Below are positions 19,934 through 30,395 of a DNA stretch of 64,000 nucleotides, piece after piece. Below the pieces are notes generated by a model. The model searched no databases. It had not been told where the DNA came from and saw nothing but the letters and a program-made list of their open reading frames with translations. Positions within the stretch are counted from its first letter, which is position 1, and every line of letters starts with the position of its first letter. The translations under genes were made by a program, and so were the position numbers. Origin of the DNA: a virus (lineage: Duplodnaviria > Caudoviricetes); the IMG/VR virus record IMGVR_UViG_3300036801_000104, positions 911 through 64,910 of that record. The stretch is one strand, 5' to 3'.

Positions 19934-22338
19934 CGAGCGGGAGCCTGCGGACTAAAGGGCTGGTTCGTTATCGAGTCGAACCATTGCCCGTTCTGCTCAT
20001 AGATCCGGTGGCCGCCGGGGCCTATCGCCTCGCGTCGAGCAGGAGGCCCCGCAGGCGCGGCGGGAGTGCCGCTACCCTGTCCCCCACCGCCAGCCTTAAC
20101 ATCCTCCGGGAACACCGCGCCACGCTGGCGTAATGCGCCCATGTACTCGTTCGCCACGTCAGGCAAGGGTGCCATGCGGTTATAGGCGCTATCGAATAGA
20201 GCGAGCGGGACGCCCTTGTGCGCGACCGTAAACTCTGTTGCCAGCCTCGCTCGCTCATCCTGCCATTTGGAGCGAGCCAGAACGTCATTCATCATCTGGT
20301 AGTTGGTCTCGCGCGGGATCGCCAGGTTAGGGTTGGCCTTTTGCAGTCCCGTTATCTCGGAAACCCGTGGCTGTCCGGGCAGCGCTTTAAGGGCCGCGAA
20401 CACCAAGTCGGTCGAGGCTTTGTCGAATTCCGCGGCGCTGGCGGGTGCCCATCCGGCCGGATATGCCCAATCCGCCCCAAGGCCATGTGCCGTATTTGCT
20501 AGTTCCGACCCAATGCGCGCGGCGTTGCTCGTTACGAAGCCACGCTCTAGGACGCCATGCAGCCGCAACAAGTCTTGGTTGATCTGCTGGTTTGCTCCTT
20601 GTTCTTTGTTGTATGTGGACAGCCGCTCTGCGTCGGTTTTCTGAATTTCCTTTTGCATTTCAGTCGGTGGGCCAGCTGGGCCGCCCGGCTGCGGTATACC
20701 AGCACCTCCCGGAAACATATCATCGACATGCACCTGAGAGATGTCCCTTTGTCCGGTTGGCGTGTTGGCGACGAAGGACGGTGCGGCGCTATACGGGGTC
20801 TGTTTCGGAGGCGGAATACTGGAAAGCGGAGGAGGTGCAGGCATGCCTCCCTGCATCGCTCCACCAGCGGACAATCCTCCTGTTTGCTGAGGTGCTGCGC
20901 CGGGAGCCGGGTTTGCAAACTGTGGGGCTTGCGCCGCGGTGCCCTGCATCGGATTACCAAACTTGTCGTAATAAGTCTCTGGCTTGAATTGCCCAGCGCC
21001 TCCGGCGTGCGCCGCGGCCACGCCGGAAATGGCTGGCAAGGCGCCGTGAGCCATTGAAATATCTCCGCTCGGACCCTCTATCGCGCCCTCAGGAAGCTGT
21101 GGGTTTTGCACGGCCAAGTGATACTGCATCGTCTCCGGGTCTAATTCGAAAATTGGCGATCCGCGCCGCTCACCGCCAATAAACGGCTTGATGCCAGATT
21201 TGCTGAGAGCCGCGGAAAGGGCGAAAGTCCGCCCCTGGCCAGGGGGCATAAGCTTCGCTGAGAAATAATCCTGAAGCGGCTCCGGAATCTTTGCCCCGTA
21301 GGCTCCCATCAAAGCCTGTTGCTTTAATGCCTCCGTCCCCTCAGGAGACAACATAGATTGACCTGGTGCTGCTCTCGCTCCAGACCCCGCGTCTGTTCCG
21401 GATGACTGCGCCGTATTCTGCGCCACTTGTGGTCGGCCGCCGATGCCCTGGAATGGGGCAATACCGGCGTTCTTCGCTCCTGACCAAGCCCCCCAGCCAT
21501 TCTGCGAGGCATGGCGCAGCGCAAAATCGATCGTCGCCTTTTCGTTGTTCGGGTCCAACGGGTTAAGGCCGGTCTGCGCCATAAACTGGTCGCCGACCGC
21601 GTTGCCTTTGCCGCCGGGCGTGACGTGGAGTTGGAATGCGTTGCCCGATGTGCCGCCATCGCCGCTCGGACCAGCCGGAGCACCCAGCCCCTCGCTGGAT
21701 GCGACCTTTACCGCAGTGGGCGGGTCGATCCCGTATTTTGCCGCGGTCTGCTCTATGAACGGAGCTAGGCCGCGAGGATCGGCGACATTGCCGCCGCCCG
21801 CGCCACTCGTTGGCGAGCCACCACCGCCCAATATCTTGGTCCAATCCGGACCTTGATACGCCCCGGATGTTATTCCCTGTGCGTTGGGCATCGCTCCGCC
21901 GAGAGCAGCGCCTTGCAACCGTGTCTGGCTGAGCGCAGCAAGATTCTTCAGCGCCTCGCCGGTTATCCCTTGCTGCCCAAGCTGGTATTCTTGGGCTTGC
22001 CGTGGGCCACCAGCCAGGAAAGCCGAACGAGTCAGAGGCGAATAGCCTTGAGGGTTTTGCGCCAATTCCTGGTAAGGGTTCGGATTGGCCATTAACCGGG
22101 CAAGTTCTGGTTGAGCTGCGATGCGCGCCTGCGTCGTGTTCTGCACGGCGCTGTTCTGCATGTCGTGGCCTTGGGACGCGCCAAGGAATTTAGCCAATAC
22201 TCCGATAGGTCCATAAGTAGATTCGGGGTTAGCCGCCGCGGTTGCCGAAAGCTGTGCGCCCTGCATCCCTTGCAGCATCTGCGGTGCGAGCGGATCTTGC
22301 CCGGCGAGGATCGCGGCCAGAAGGTTGGAGTCGGCCAT
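19930..22338 (-). CDS. DNA ejection protein with an internal lysozyme-like domain
   Basis: KYGIDPxTAxKVAxSEG...FQL...GWGAW segment within a Q/A/G-rich protein. Confidence 0.65.
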   Translation of the reverse strand: MADSNLLAAILAGQDPLAPQMLQGMQGAQLSATAAANPESTYGPIGVLAKFLGASQGHDMQNSAVQNTTQARIAAQPELARLMANPNPYQELAQNPQGYSPLTRSAFLAGGPRQAQEYQLGQQGITGEALKNLAALSQTRLQGAALGGAMPNAQGITSGAYQGPDWTKILGGGGSPTSGAGGGNVADPRGLAPFIEQTAAKYGIDPPTAVKVASSEGLGAPAGPSGDGGTSGNAFQLHVTPGGKGNAVGDQFMAQTGLNPLDPNNEKATIDFALRHASQNGWGAWSGAKNAGIAPFQGIGGRPQVAQNTAQSSGTDAGSGARAAPGQSMLSPEGTEALKQQALMGAYGAKIPEPLQDYFSAKLMPPGQGRTFALSAALSKSGIKPFIGGERRGSPIFELDPETMQYHLAVQNPQLPEGAIEGPSGDISMAHGALPAISGVAAAHAGGAGQFKPETYYDKFGNPMQGTAAQAPQFANPAPGAAPQQTGGLSAGGAMQGGMPAPPPLSSIPPPKQTPYSAAPSFVANTPTGQRDISQVHVDDMFPGGAGIPQPGGPAGPPTEMQKEIQKTDAERLSTYNKEQGANQQINQDLLRLHGVLERGFVTSNAARIGSELANTAHGLGADWAYPAGWAPASAAEFDKASTDLVFAALKALPGQPRVSEITGLQKANPNLAIPRETNYQMMNDVLARSKWQDERARLATEFTVAHKGVPLALFDSAYNRMAPLPDVANEYMGALRQRGAVFPEDVKAGGGGQGSGTPAAPAGPPARREAIGPGGHRIYEQNGQWFDSITNQPFSPQAPAR

Positions 22339-22341
22339 CTG

Positions 22342-23805
22342 CTATGCCAATCCCAGCGCAGCAAGACCTAGAGGCAGGCCCGCTGCGGCGGTCGCGCCAC
22401 CGCCCAACGCATCTGCGCCTCCCCCAAGGAGCGCGCCAAGCAGTCCCGACGTGGGGCTGACGCCGAGTAAGCCACCAAGCCCCTGCGACCCGAATAGCAG
22501 ATTACTGCCGCCAGCCGCATTGGCTAGCCCTCCAAGCTGGCTAAACAGCTGGTTGTTCAATGTGTTGCCGCCGACGAACGAATTGAGGTTCCCTTGGTTT
22601 GCCGCGCCCTGTAGCCCTGCGATATTGGGTGGGGTGACTGTGGTTGCGGTGCCCCCTTGGCTTGGAAGGCCGCCGGCCCATGTGAAATTCCCGAGCGACC
22701 CCAAGCCCGCAAGCTGACCTGCCGAGCCGCCAAGCAGCCCTTCCCCCAGCCCGGCTAATCCCGACAGCGCTGCTAACGGCTCGCCCCATTGCGTCGTGCG
22801 CTCGTTAAAACCCTGAAGGTTGGCGGCATTCGACAGGTTCGCATTCGCGTAGTTCTGGCCAAAACCCTGCTGTTGCGCTTGGTTGGCAAAATTTCCCTGT
22901 GCCAGCGCCGCTTGGTTGGCTAGTTCTGCATTCGTCAGGTTTTGGCCGAAGCCCTGGGCTTGCGCCTGGTTGGCGAATTGGCCCTGCGCCTCTCTCTCGC
23001 CCACGCCTTGCTGGCGCGAACTGAGGTTTTCGCCGAATAACCTAGCTTGTTCCTCATTCCCCGCGGCGACGGCGGCATTCTGGGCCTGCTGATAGGCGAA
23101 CGTTTGTTGACGGCCGAGGTCGCCTTGCGATCGATCAAAGGCGCTGGAGCCTGCCGAAATCCCCTGGTCGGCAAGCTGCTGAGCGAGGTCGGAACGTCTT
23201 TCGGCAAATTGCGGATCTAAATAGCCTGCTTGTGTATTGTAGGCCGCATTTTGCGCCGCGGTGACCTCGTTCGAGAAGTCGGTCGAACTCGACGGAAGAG
23301 CCGTCAACCCGGAGAAATCGAGACTGTTCTGGATCGGGCCGCCGGCGGCATTTGAAACTTGGTTTACGCTTGTTTGGATTGGCCCCGCAGCGGCTGACCC
23401 CGTAAGCGCCGGTAGTCCTTCCGTGCTGACCGGCGAAGTCGGGAGTTGGCCTCCCCATGTGTTGATGGCCTGATTGACCAGTCCGGAACCTTGTCCGGCC
23501 GTGCCGGCGGCGTAGTTGCCAACCGTATTCGCATTGTTGGCGAGGCCCGACGCAAGACCGGTCTGGGCGTTGAAAACATTGCCCGCCTGCGGGCTGAGGT
23601 ACTGGCTCTGCGTGTAGGAAGTTGGCAGCCCAGTGTTGGGATCGTAGGAATTGGCAGCCCATCCGCTCTGGCCAAGCGGGCTTATTACATTTGCGTTGTT
23701 GAGCGCCGCCTGCGTCTGCGCAGCCTGAATATTCGATCCCGCTTGCTGGCCGATAAGGCCGGCGGCATTTACCGATGGAGGTGCAGTCGCCCCGCCCTTA
23801 GACAC
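22342..23805 (-). CDS. Internal virion/pilot (ejection) protein
   Basis: Q/A/N-rich; repeated FGQN/FANQAQ; follows the GNAT gene as in P22/BPP-1-like layouts. Confidence 0.65.
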   Translation of the reverse strand: MSKGGATAPPSVNAAGLIGQQAGSNIQAAQTQAALNNANVISPLGQSGWAANSYDPNTGLPTSYTQSQYLSPQAGNVFNAQTGLASGLANNANTVGNYAAGTAGQGSGLVNQAINTWGGQLPTSPVSTEGLPALTGSAAAGPIQTSVNQVSNAAGGPIQNSLDFSGLTALPSSSTDFSNEVTAAQNAAYNTQAGYLDPQFAERRSDLAQQLADQGISAGSSAFDRSQGDLGRQQTFAYQQAQNAAVAAGNEEQARLFGENLSSRQQGVGEREAQGQFANQAQAQGFGQNLTNAELANQAALAQGNFANQAQQQGFGQNYANANLSNAANLQGFNERTTQWGEPLAALSGLAGLGEGLLGGSAGQLAGLGSLGNFTWAGGLPSQGGTATTVTPPNIAGLQGAANQGNLNSFVGGNTLNNQLFSQLGGLANAAGGSNLLFGSQGLGGLLGVSPTSGLLGALLGGGADALGGGATAAAGLPLGLAALGLA

Positions 23806-24292
23806 GCTTTCCTCTATCTCCTATCCATCGGCATTCCTCGCGGAGCATGCCGTAAATCACAGCGTCGTTTCCGTTGAGATATGAACGGCGCATTACGCCT
23901 TCTTCGCGGAAGCCGAGCCGAGCGAGGAACGCCCGCACCGACTCGTTGGTATGCTCAGTAACGCAGGTCACCCGATGGCATCCGAGCTGTTCAAAGGGAT
24001 ATGAGAACAGACCTCGCAAGATCCGGCTGGTGCACCAGCGCGGCGACACCGCGGCGCAGGTGATCTCAATGTTGGCTTGGCGATACCAGTTGTAGACGAC
24101 ACCCGCGATTAACTCATGCCTCAGTTTTATCGTGTTGATATCTCCGCAAAGGATGCCGATTGCCGTGCATGGACCGAAATCATCGATGCCGAGCCGCCGA
24201 CCTACCCAATGCGCCACATCTGCATCATGGCCAACCAATAGGGAAATCAGAGCGCGCGTCCCGGCTCGATCAGCAAATCCGTGCGTATCCAT
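23798..24292 (-). CDS. GNAT-fold protein (DUF2824-like virion assembly acetyltransferase)
   Basis: FSYPFEQLGC, LGFREEGVMR and YGMLREEC; true start uncertain. Confidence 0.85.
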   Translation of the reverse strand: MDTHGFADRAGTRALISLLVGHDADVAHWVGRRLGIDDFGPCTAIGILCGDINTIKLRHELIAGVVYNWYRQANIEITCAAVSPRWCTSRILRGLFSYPFEQLGCHRVTCVTEHTNESVRAFLARLGFREEGVMRRSYLNGNDAVIYGMLREECRWIGDRGKRV

Positions 24293-25776
24293 GTCGTCGC
24301 CACGGAAGCATTTGCTGCCAGGCTAATCCCGACCGCCGACCCTTGGCCGCCGCCGATATGCCACCGAGGATCGGTGACGCCGATATTACCGCCCCATACC
24401 CGCGGCGGACCCCAATTGCCGGCTCCCCATATCAGCGCGTTGAGCAGCCCTACCGTTTCGCCGGGAAACGATATGCCGGATAGCTGGTAATCGTAGCCGA
24501 GACCGAGGTTGAACATTGCAACGCCATTGCTCTGCACGACCGGTCGCACGGCGGTGACGCGCTTGATTAGCGGCGTCTGGAAGGTCTGCCATGCCTGTTG
24601 ACCTTGGCACAGGATCGGAGAGCCAGCATCGTGTGCGCCGATATCGGCTTGCATAACCATGCCGCGCGGGCCGCCATAATAGAGATGATCGTTGTAGATA
24701 CCCCAACACAAAGCCGGCATGCCGCGGAATCGACACCATGATTGGTTCGATGTGTTGTAGATATGCTGACTAAACGTCCCGTTGATATTCGGGATGTTGT
24801 AGATCATCCGAGTCCCGATAGCGTAATAGATCGCCTGCCACCCCGGCAAATTCTTGCCCGCGATGTAAGCCGCAGTGGCCGCGCCCGAAATCTTTGTTCG
24901 TGGTGCGGTTTCGCCCAACTTCAGCGCAATGAGTCTCTTGCTAAACTGCTCATGGTCGTTGGCGCTCATAATGTAGATGTCGCCGCCATACCGGAAAATG
25001 CCGCGTTGAGCGACCGGCGCCGGGATCATATAGCGTCCGACCAATGCCCAGTTGTTCGGGTTGCTTGGGTCGGTGCCCTGATAGAGCATGACCTCGCCAG
25101 AAGTCATAAAAAAGCAGGTGTAATCGTCGATCCCCGTTCCGCCGTCATAGGACAGCACCTCGACGGCCATCAGGTTCCCGCCTTCTCGGGTCACCATGCT
25201 CAGCGGGAAATTCGACAGGGCACCGCCAATGCCCAAAACCGGCCCGTACCAGAAGCTCGGATCTTTCCCCGTCCAGAAATAGACTCGATTGTTAAACGCG
25301 CCGACGCCGGAAAATGTGCTTGTGTCCGCGCCGGTATATCCGGCAACGCCCCATGTTGTGCCGTCGTAAATCTGCGCTGGATCTCTGCCGTTTACCCAGA
25401 TCGACCGGCTGTTGAAGTGTACGGTCTGCCATACATCGCTGACAAACCCGCTTGCCAGCGGCGTGCCGGCCGCACCTCCCGACGAGATGTCGAAGATCTT
25501 GCCTCCCGCAGCAGCAAGAAACTTATTGATCGTGCCGGCGCGCAATATCGCGAGGGTCTGAACGCCCGCGATTGGATCAAGCCCCGTGGCAAAACTGACG
25601 GTCCCGCCGCGGCTGGTCAGCCCACCGAAGTCGGGAAACCAGTTGTCGAGCAGGACTGCGTCTTTTGGGTCCATCGCCTCGAACGCATCGCGCGTGTTCC
25701 AGCCGCCTAATGGGGCCGGGACTTGCTGCGGCTGATTCGTGCGGCGCTGTGCACGCTGGCGCTGCTGCGGCGTCAT
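24247..25776 (-). CDS. Tail tubular protein B / nozzle (packaged-DNA stabilisation protein)
   Basis: PAPLGGWNTRD, LDNWFP and GEVMLYQGTDP; beta-propeller-like; synteny. Confidence 0.8.
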   Translation of the reverse strand: MTPQQRQRAQRRTNQPQQVPAPLGGWNTRDAFEAMDPKDAVLLDNWFPDFGGLTSRGGTVSFATGLDPIAGVQTLAILRAGTINKFLAAAGGKIFDISSGGAAGTPLASGFVSDVWQTVHFNSRSIWVNGRDPAQIYDGTTWGVAGYTGADTSTFSGVGAFNNRVYFWTGKDPSFWYGPVLGIGGALSNFPLSMVTREGGNLMAVEVLSYDGGTGIDDYTCFFMTSGEVMLYQGTDPSNPNNWALVGRYMIPAPVAQRGIFRYGGDIYIMSANDHEQFSKRLIALKLGETAPRTKISGAATAAYIAGKNLPGWQAIYYAIGTRMIYNIPNINGTFSQHIYNTSNQSWCRFRGMPALCWGIYNDHLYYGGPRGMVMQADIGAHDAGSPILCQGQQAWQTFQTPLIKRVTAVRPVVQSNGVAMFNLGLGYDYQLSGISFPGETVGLLNALIWGAGNWGPPRVWGGNIGVTDPRWHIGGGQGSAVGISLAANASVATTWIRTDLLIEPGRAL

Positions 25777-26153
25777 TCGGATAGCGGCGTAGCGTCATAG
25801 GGCAGGCCAGGCGGGATGTAGTCCCCCAGCGCATTGACCGCCTCAAAGTCACCGGCAACGCCGGCAAGAAACTCCACCGTCAGGACATTCCCGACGCTTG
25901 CGCGAAGATCTATCTTGGTGCGGTTCACCAGATCACGACCGCCCGCCGGGATTTCGAGCGTTGACTGAAAGAGGATCGCTCCAGCGCCGGTCGGGCCGTC
26001 GCGCACGACCACGGCAGCGCTTCCCGCAGATGTGCCAGCGAGGGTGCAATACATTGCCCGCAAGCGGGCCTGATACCCCAGGTTCTGGCTTGTCGCCACG
26101 GCGATCGACGCCACTCCACCGGCTGCGCTGCGAGTCGTTACCTGCCATGTCAT
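25773..26153 (-). CDS. Beta-sandwich structural protein, paralogue of the C-terminal domain of 26150..29206
   Basis: True start MTWQV with ATGA overlap; YQARLR..VVRDG..IDLRA..LTVEFL.G shared with the upstream gene. Confidence 0.7.
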   Translation of the reverse strand: MTWQVTTRSAAGGVASIAVATSQNLGYQARLRAMYCTLAGTSAGSAAVVVRDGPTGAGAILFQSTLEIPAGGRDLVNRTKIDLRASVGNVLTVEFLAGVAGDFEAVNALGDYIPPGLPYDATPLSE

Positions 26154-29100
26154 GTAAGATCCTTGGGGTCCTCTCCATACGGGATGCCGAAAGGCACGTA
26201 ATCGCCGTGCGCGCTGATTTGCTGCACGGCGCCTGGCGTCCCGCCCAGGAATTCCACCGTCAAGACGCCTCCAGCCGTCGCGCGCAGGTCGATGTTGTTG
26301 AAGTCCAGAACATCGCGGCTGTTGGCTGCGGTATAGAGATCCGCTTCGAATATGATCTGCCCCACCCCTAATAAGCCATCCCGCACAACCATCGTCGCCA
26401 TGCCAGCCGAGCCCCCGGAAACCGTCAAATACAGGGACCGCAAGCGGGTCTGATAGGTTTGATTCGGCCCAAGGCCGATGGCGAGCGAGGCCGCCGCCCC
26501 CGCAGGAGCTGTGCCGCCGCCAACCCAGACCGGACCAGGCTGGCCTGGGATCGTAAACGCCCGGAGAACAAGGTTCTTCTCGGCGTACCGGACGAATTGG
26601 TACGGCCTGAGTTCCGGCCGCAAAAACAACTGGCTGCCAACCGGGCGAATAGCCGGCGGTGCCAGCGTGGACTGGAGGAGATTGCGCTCCGCGCCACGGA
26701 CGAATTGGTATGGCCTTAACTCTGGGCGGCCAGATGACTGAGTCCCCGCGAGCCTCGCATCCTGGCTGCGCAGGGTCGTGAGAACGAGGTTGCCAGCCTG
26801 AGACCGGTCCGGTTGCGCCGCACTCTTGGGAAGCGGCCAATCGTACTGCGCGAATGGCGTCGCCAGTATCAGGAACTGAACCTGGACATTCCAGGCCCAT
26901 GAGCGCGCCGGCGGCGTCTGGATGCGCGGTAGATCGTAGACTTGCGAGCCTACAAGCCGTGCGTCCTGCCCGGCCAGCGTCGAACTAACGAGGGCCTGTA
27001 TCCATGTTTCGTCGATCCTGGCGGCCACTTTGGGCACCGGCCAATCGTATTGATTGAACGGGACCGGGTTTGCCGTAAAGAGGACGACTGGGCTCTGCGA
27101 TATCCACGATCGACCGAACTGCGACGGCCCTAACGGCGGCCTGTCGGATACCTGCTGACCGGCCAGCCGCGCGTCTTGGCCCGCCAGCGTTGTCGTAACG
27201 AGAGACCCGACCCAGGTCTCGTCTATGCGCCCCGCAACCCTCGGGTTCGGCCAATCATACTGATTGAACGGGACCGGGTTCGCTGTGAACAGGACGATCG
27301 GAGACGAGCCTGTCCACGATCTGACGAACTGCGGCGAACCGGACGGCGGATTGCCGAATGATTGATCGCCGGCAAGGGTTGCGTCCTGCCCGACGAGGGT
27401 CGTGCTGACAAGGTTCTGCGCCCAGCTCTCGTCGATGCGCTGGGCGACCCTTGGGCTGGGCCAATCGTATTGCGCAAAAGGCTGCGGCGGTATCACCACC
27501 GCGTAGGCAAAAAAGCTGTTCTGCGCCTGCCGATACCATGCGGGCCACAACGGGGGATCGTACTGTTGCCTGCCGACCGGCCTCGCCGCCGCTGCGACGG
27601 CTAATGTGCTGGTTTGCCCGGACCAACTATAGAACCGATCCGGCTGAACCGTTGCCGGCCCCAGAGCAAACGACTGCTCGCCAGAGAGCGTAGCATCTTG
27701 GCCGCGGAGCGTCGTTTGCAGCAGATTGCTGCCGGCTCCCGGTACGAGCGGGGCCGCGCCTTGCGGTAGCGCGAACCATTGGTCGCCGGGCGGGAGCGAT
27801 GGCACACCTGCCAGCAACGGCTGGTAGGACTGCGCATAGAACCGACCTGGCGAGACCGGGACTGCCGAACGATCGAATGACTGTTCGCCGACCGGCAGCG
27901 GAAAGGTTATGCCGGACTGACCGTAGAACCGGCCCGGCTGCGCCCCGACGATCGGCAGGGCGAAGGACTGCTCACCGACGAGCACCGCGTCCTGGCCCGC
28001 GAGGGTCGTAAGGACGAGGCTGCTAGCCGCTCCCCTGATGAATTGGGGAGGACCAAGATCCTGCCGGGCGGTGACTTGGTCGCCCGCCAGCGTCGCATCC
28101 TTGCTACGGAGCGTCGTCAGGACGAGGTTGCAGGACGCCGATCGGACGAATTGCGCCGGCCCGAGATCTTGCCGGGCCGAGACCTGATCGCCGGCAAGGG
28201 TTGCGTCCTGCCCCGCGAGGGTCGTCAGGAGTAGATTGTATCCGCCGCCTTGGCTCGGCTGGGCTGCGCTTTTCGGCAGCTCAAACCATTGATCGCCTGG
28301 CGGCGCCGCCGCCGCAACCGCAGCCGACGCCAGCAGTGCAAGCGGCGACCCATTTGCTGTTTCGCCGGGCGGGTCAACAATCCACCGCCGTACCCATAGC
28401 GGCTTGCGGAATATTGCGTCCGGCGGGACCAGCGTTAGATAATTCGGGGTGCCGTCTTGGGACCGACGAGATATTCCCGTCGGGTCAGTTTCCCATCGCC
28501 TCGTATAAAGTAGAGGACGAAGGGTAACCGGAGAAGCCGGCGTGTAGGTGATAACAATGAGGCCCGCCTGACCGGCACCAACAGTGCCGCCGGCCGCGGT
28601 GCCGTGCGCACCTCCGCCTCCACCATAGAGGCCGCCCGCAAACCCATTCCCCGTAGAGGTGGCACCCGCACCCCCTGCGCCACATCCGTGCGTGCCATCG
28701 AATTCTGTGCCTGACGCCCCGGCTCCGGCACCGCCCGCTACGGTGCTTGAATCGGCGTTGCCGCCGGTAACACTTGTCGCATTGCTGCCTGCGCCATTTG
28801 GGCCTGCCGCACCGCCGCCGCCCCACGCTACGCTTGTTGTACTATGACCTCCATTGCCGCCATTGAAATGTGTGGTATTAGTGCTGCCCGTTCCCCCGAG
28901 ACCGGTGCTCCCCGCCACCCCGGTAACGCCGTGGTGAGCGGTGATCGTGATGCCGCCCGCAACGATCGAAGTGTTGGTCGTCCCGCCCGCGGTTCCTACG
29001 GTGCAAGATGTGCCGTCCGCGAGGGTGAGAGCGCCGGTTTCGGCGGCATACTCGCCGCCGCCGCCGCCCGTGCCCGCGATCGAGGAAGAGCTTCTTAGTG

Positions 29101-29206
29101 AGCCATTGCCGCCGGACCCAAGACACTCAATCTGGTCGGCCTGCCCCGGCCAATCGCTTGGCGCAGTAAATGTTCCGGTGCCGGCTAGGATATAAAAGAT
29201 CGCCAC
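26150..29206 (-). CDS. Glycine-rich domain plus extended repeat protein (putative virion scaffold/fibre)
   Basis: N-terminal Gly-rich domain; about nine NLxxTTLxGQDAxLxGxQ and four PFxQYDWP repeats. Confidence 0.7.
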   Translation of the reverse strand: MAIFYILAGTGTFTAPSDWPGQADQIECLGSGGNGSLRSSSSIAGTGGGGGEYAAETGALTLADGTSCTVGTAGGTTNTSIVAGGITITAHHGVTGVAGSTGLGGTGSTNTTHFNGGNGGHSTTSVAWGGGGAAGPNGAGSNATSVTGGNADSSTVAGGAGAGASGTEFDGTHGCGAGGAGATSTGNGFAGGLYGGGGGAHGTAAGGTVGAGQAGLIVITYTPASPVTLRPLLYTRRWETDPTGISRRSQDGTPNYLTLVPPDAIFRKPLWVRRWIVDPPGETANGSPLALLASAAVAAAAPPGDQWFELPKSAAQPSQGGGYNLLLTTLAGQDATLAGDQVSARQDLGPAQFVRSASCNLVLTTLRSKDATLAGDQVTARQDLGPPQFIRGAASSLVLTTLAGQDAVLVGEQSFALPIVGAQPGRFYGQSGITFPLPVGEQSFDRSAVPVSPGRFYAQSYQPLLAGVPSLPPGDQWFALPQGAAPLVPGAGSNLLQTTLRGQDATLSGEQSFALGPATVQPDRFYSWSGQTSTLAVAAAARPVGRQQYDPPLWPAWYRQAQNSFFAYAVVIPPQPFAQYDWPSPRVAQRIDESWAQNLVSTTLVGQDATLAGDQSFGNPPSGSPQFVRSWTGSSPIVLFTANPVPFNQYDWPNPRVAGRIDETWVGSLVTTTLAGQDARLAGQQVSDRPPLGPSQFGRSWISQSPVVLFTANPVPFNQYDWPVPKVAARIDETWIQALVSSTLAGQDARLVGSQVYDLPRIQTPPARSWAWNVQVQFLILATPFAQYDWPLPKSAAQPDRSQAGNLVLTTLRSQDARLAGTQSSGRPELRPYQFVRGAERNLLQSTLAPPAIRPVGSQLFLRPELRPYQFVRYAEKNLVLRAFTIPGQPGPVWVGGGTAPAGAAASLAIGLGPNQTYQTRLRSLYLTVSGGSAGMATMVVRDGLLGVGQIIFEADLYTAANSRDVLDFNNIDLRATAGGVLTVEFLGGTPGAVQQISAHGDYVPFGIPYGEDPKDLT

Positions 29207-29242
29207 GGCACCGCCAGTTCTAGAGGATCAGGTTCCCTCGGT

Positions 29243-29623
29243 TTATTGCGTGGCCGTGATGGTTACATTCTGCACCGTTCCGCCATCTCCTGACAGATCG
29301 CAGTTCACGACTAGATTTAAGCTGCCGTCGACCGCAAAACATCCACCGTCATTGCTGTAGGGCGAGCCAAACCCTACAGTGCCAGTGAATGTGGAGCCGT
29401 TATTCCATAGAGGTATAATTCGACCAACTATAGTGCCGATGGCCGCGTTGGAAGGAATGACTGGGCTGGCCGGATTGAGGGAAACCGATAGCGTGAGCGG
29501 TACGGGAACGACGACTTGAGCGTTTGCTACGCTAAACCAGCCAGCGACAAGCAATGCCGCCGTGCCGAAACTAGCGCCAGAAGCCATGAAAATATATAGG
29601 AGGCAGTGCAAATGCTTGTCCAC
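29243..29623 (-). CDS. Secreted single cadherin-like domain ending at ITATQ
   Basis: Leader ...SVANA; DGGCFAVDG...CDL; paralogue of 35337..35666; start uncertain. Confidence 0.7.
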   Translation of the reverse strand: MDKHLHCLLYIFMASGASFGTAALLVAGWFSVANAQVVVPVPLTLSVSLNPASPVIPSNAAIGTIVGRIIPLWNNGSTFTGTVGFGSPYSNDGGCFAVDGSLNLVVNCDLSGDGGTVQNVTITATQ

Positions 29624-29861
29624 CAGGCGGCGGCGGGGCTTGGGCTTGCACGCTAAACACGAAATAGCTCTGGCGCGACATTGCCACGTAGGGATAGGCC
29701 GGCCCCCGCGGCGGCAGTCCCATCACGGCTCTGCCGACGGGTCCTGCCGGCGCTGCGGGCCGCAGCGTCGAGGTGAGAAGATCCTGCGGGACGGCTGATC
29801 TGTTCCACCACATAGGATCTTTCACCCATCGCCGAACGAAGAGCGGCGCGCGGTGCGGCAC
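29571..29861 (-). CDS. Short protein made of the same motifs as 26150..29206
   Basis: PLFVRRWVKDP vs PLWVRRWIVDP; PPGGQAFALP vs PPGDQWFALP. Confidence 0.6.
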   Translation of the reverse strand: MPHRAPLFVRRWVKDPMWWNRSAVPQDLLTSTLRPAAPAGPVGRAVMGLPPRGPAYPYVAMSRQSYFVFSVQAQAPPPPGGQAFALPPIYFHGFWR

Positions 29862-29864
29862 AGC

Positions 29865-30380
29865 TCAATGCGGCTCGTAGAGGATATGCGAGATCAGCAA
29901 TCCCGCCGTGCCGAAGTTCTGGCAGGACAGGACGCACTCTCCGCTCTGCGAGGTCACGGCGTTGCCGAGCTGCATAAACTGCTGCCCAGGCGCCGCGTTC
30001 CATCGGAGGATGCCGCCAAAAGCATTGATCCCGCACGAAATCTTCGCGTCAGATACCGTCGCAGAGCGCTGCGGGCCAGTGGCGGCGGCAGTGTATGTGA
30101 CCACGGGAGCGGCAAGCGCTGCGACCGACGGGTCCAGCGGGGCATCGGTCGCGGGGGCGGCCAGGGCAGTTGGCGTAATCCCCAAGGTCGTGACGTGGGC
30201 ATAAGTCATCGGGGTCGGCGCGCTGGCGCCGGCCATGCCTTCGACTTGGATCTCCAGGATGTCGATCATCTGCGTGGTCGATCCGCCCTTAACCGCCATA
30301 TAAGTCGCGCTGGCGAGCGCGCTGGTGTCCGCCGTGGCGGTCGGTGTCCAGTTGGAGAATTGGAAAGACCTTCTTGCCAT
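29865..30380 (-). CDS. Probable structural jelly-roll protein
   Basis: AAGGAG SD; beta-rich sequence. Confidence 0.65.
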   Translation of the reverse strand: MARRSFQFSNWTPTATADTSALASATYMAVKGGSTTQMIDILEIQVEGMAGASAPTPMTYAHVTTLGITPTALAAPATDAPLDPSVAALAAPVVTYTAAATGPQRSATVSDAKISCGINAFGGILRWNAAPGQQFMQLGNAVTSQSGECVLSCQNFGTAGLLISHILYEPH

Positions 30381-30395
30381 TGTAATGCTCCTTTG

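Noticed and set aside
25773-26900. 375-aa ORF as listed in the track
   Set aside because: The 5' part overlaps the 1018-aa gene in another frame; the real gene most likely starts at ATG 26153.
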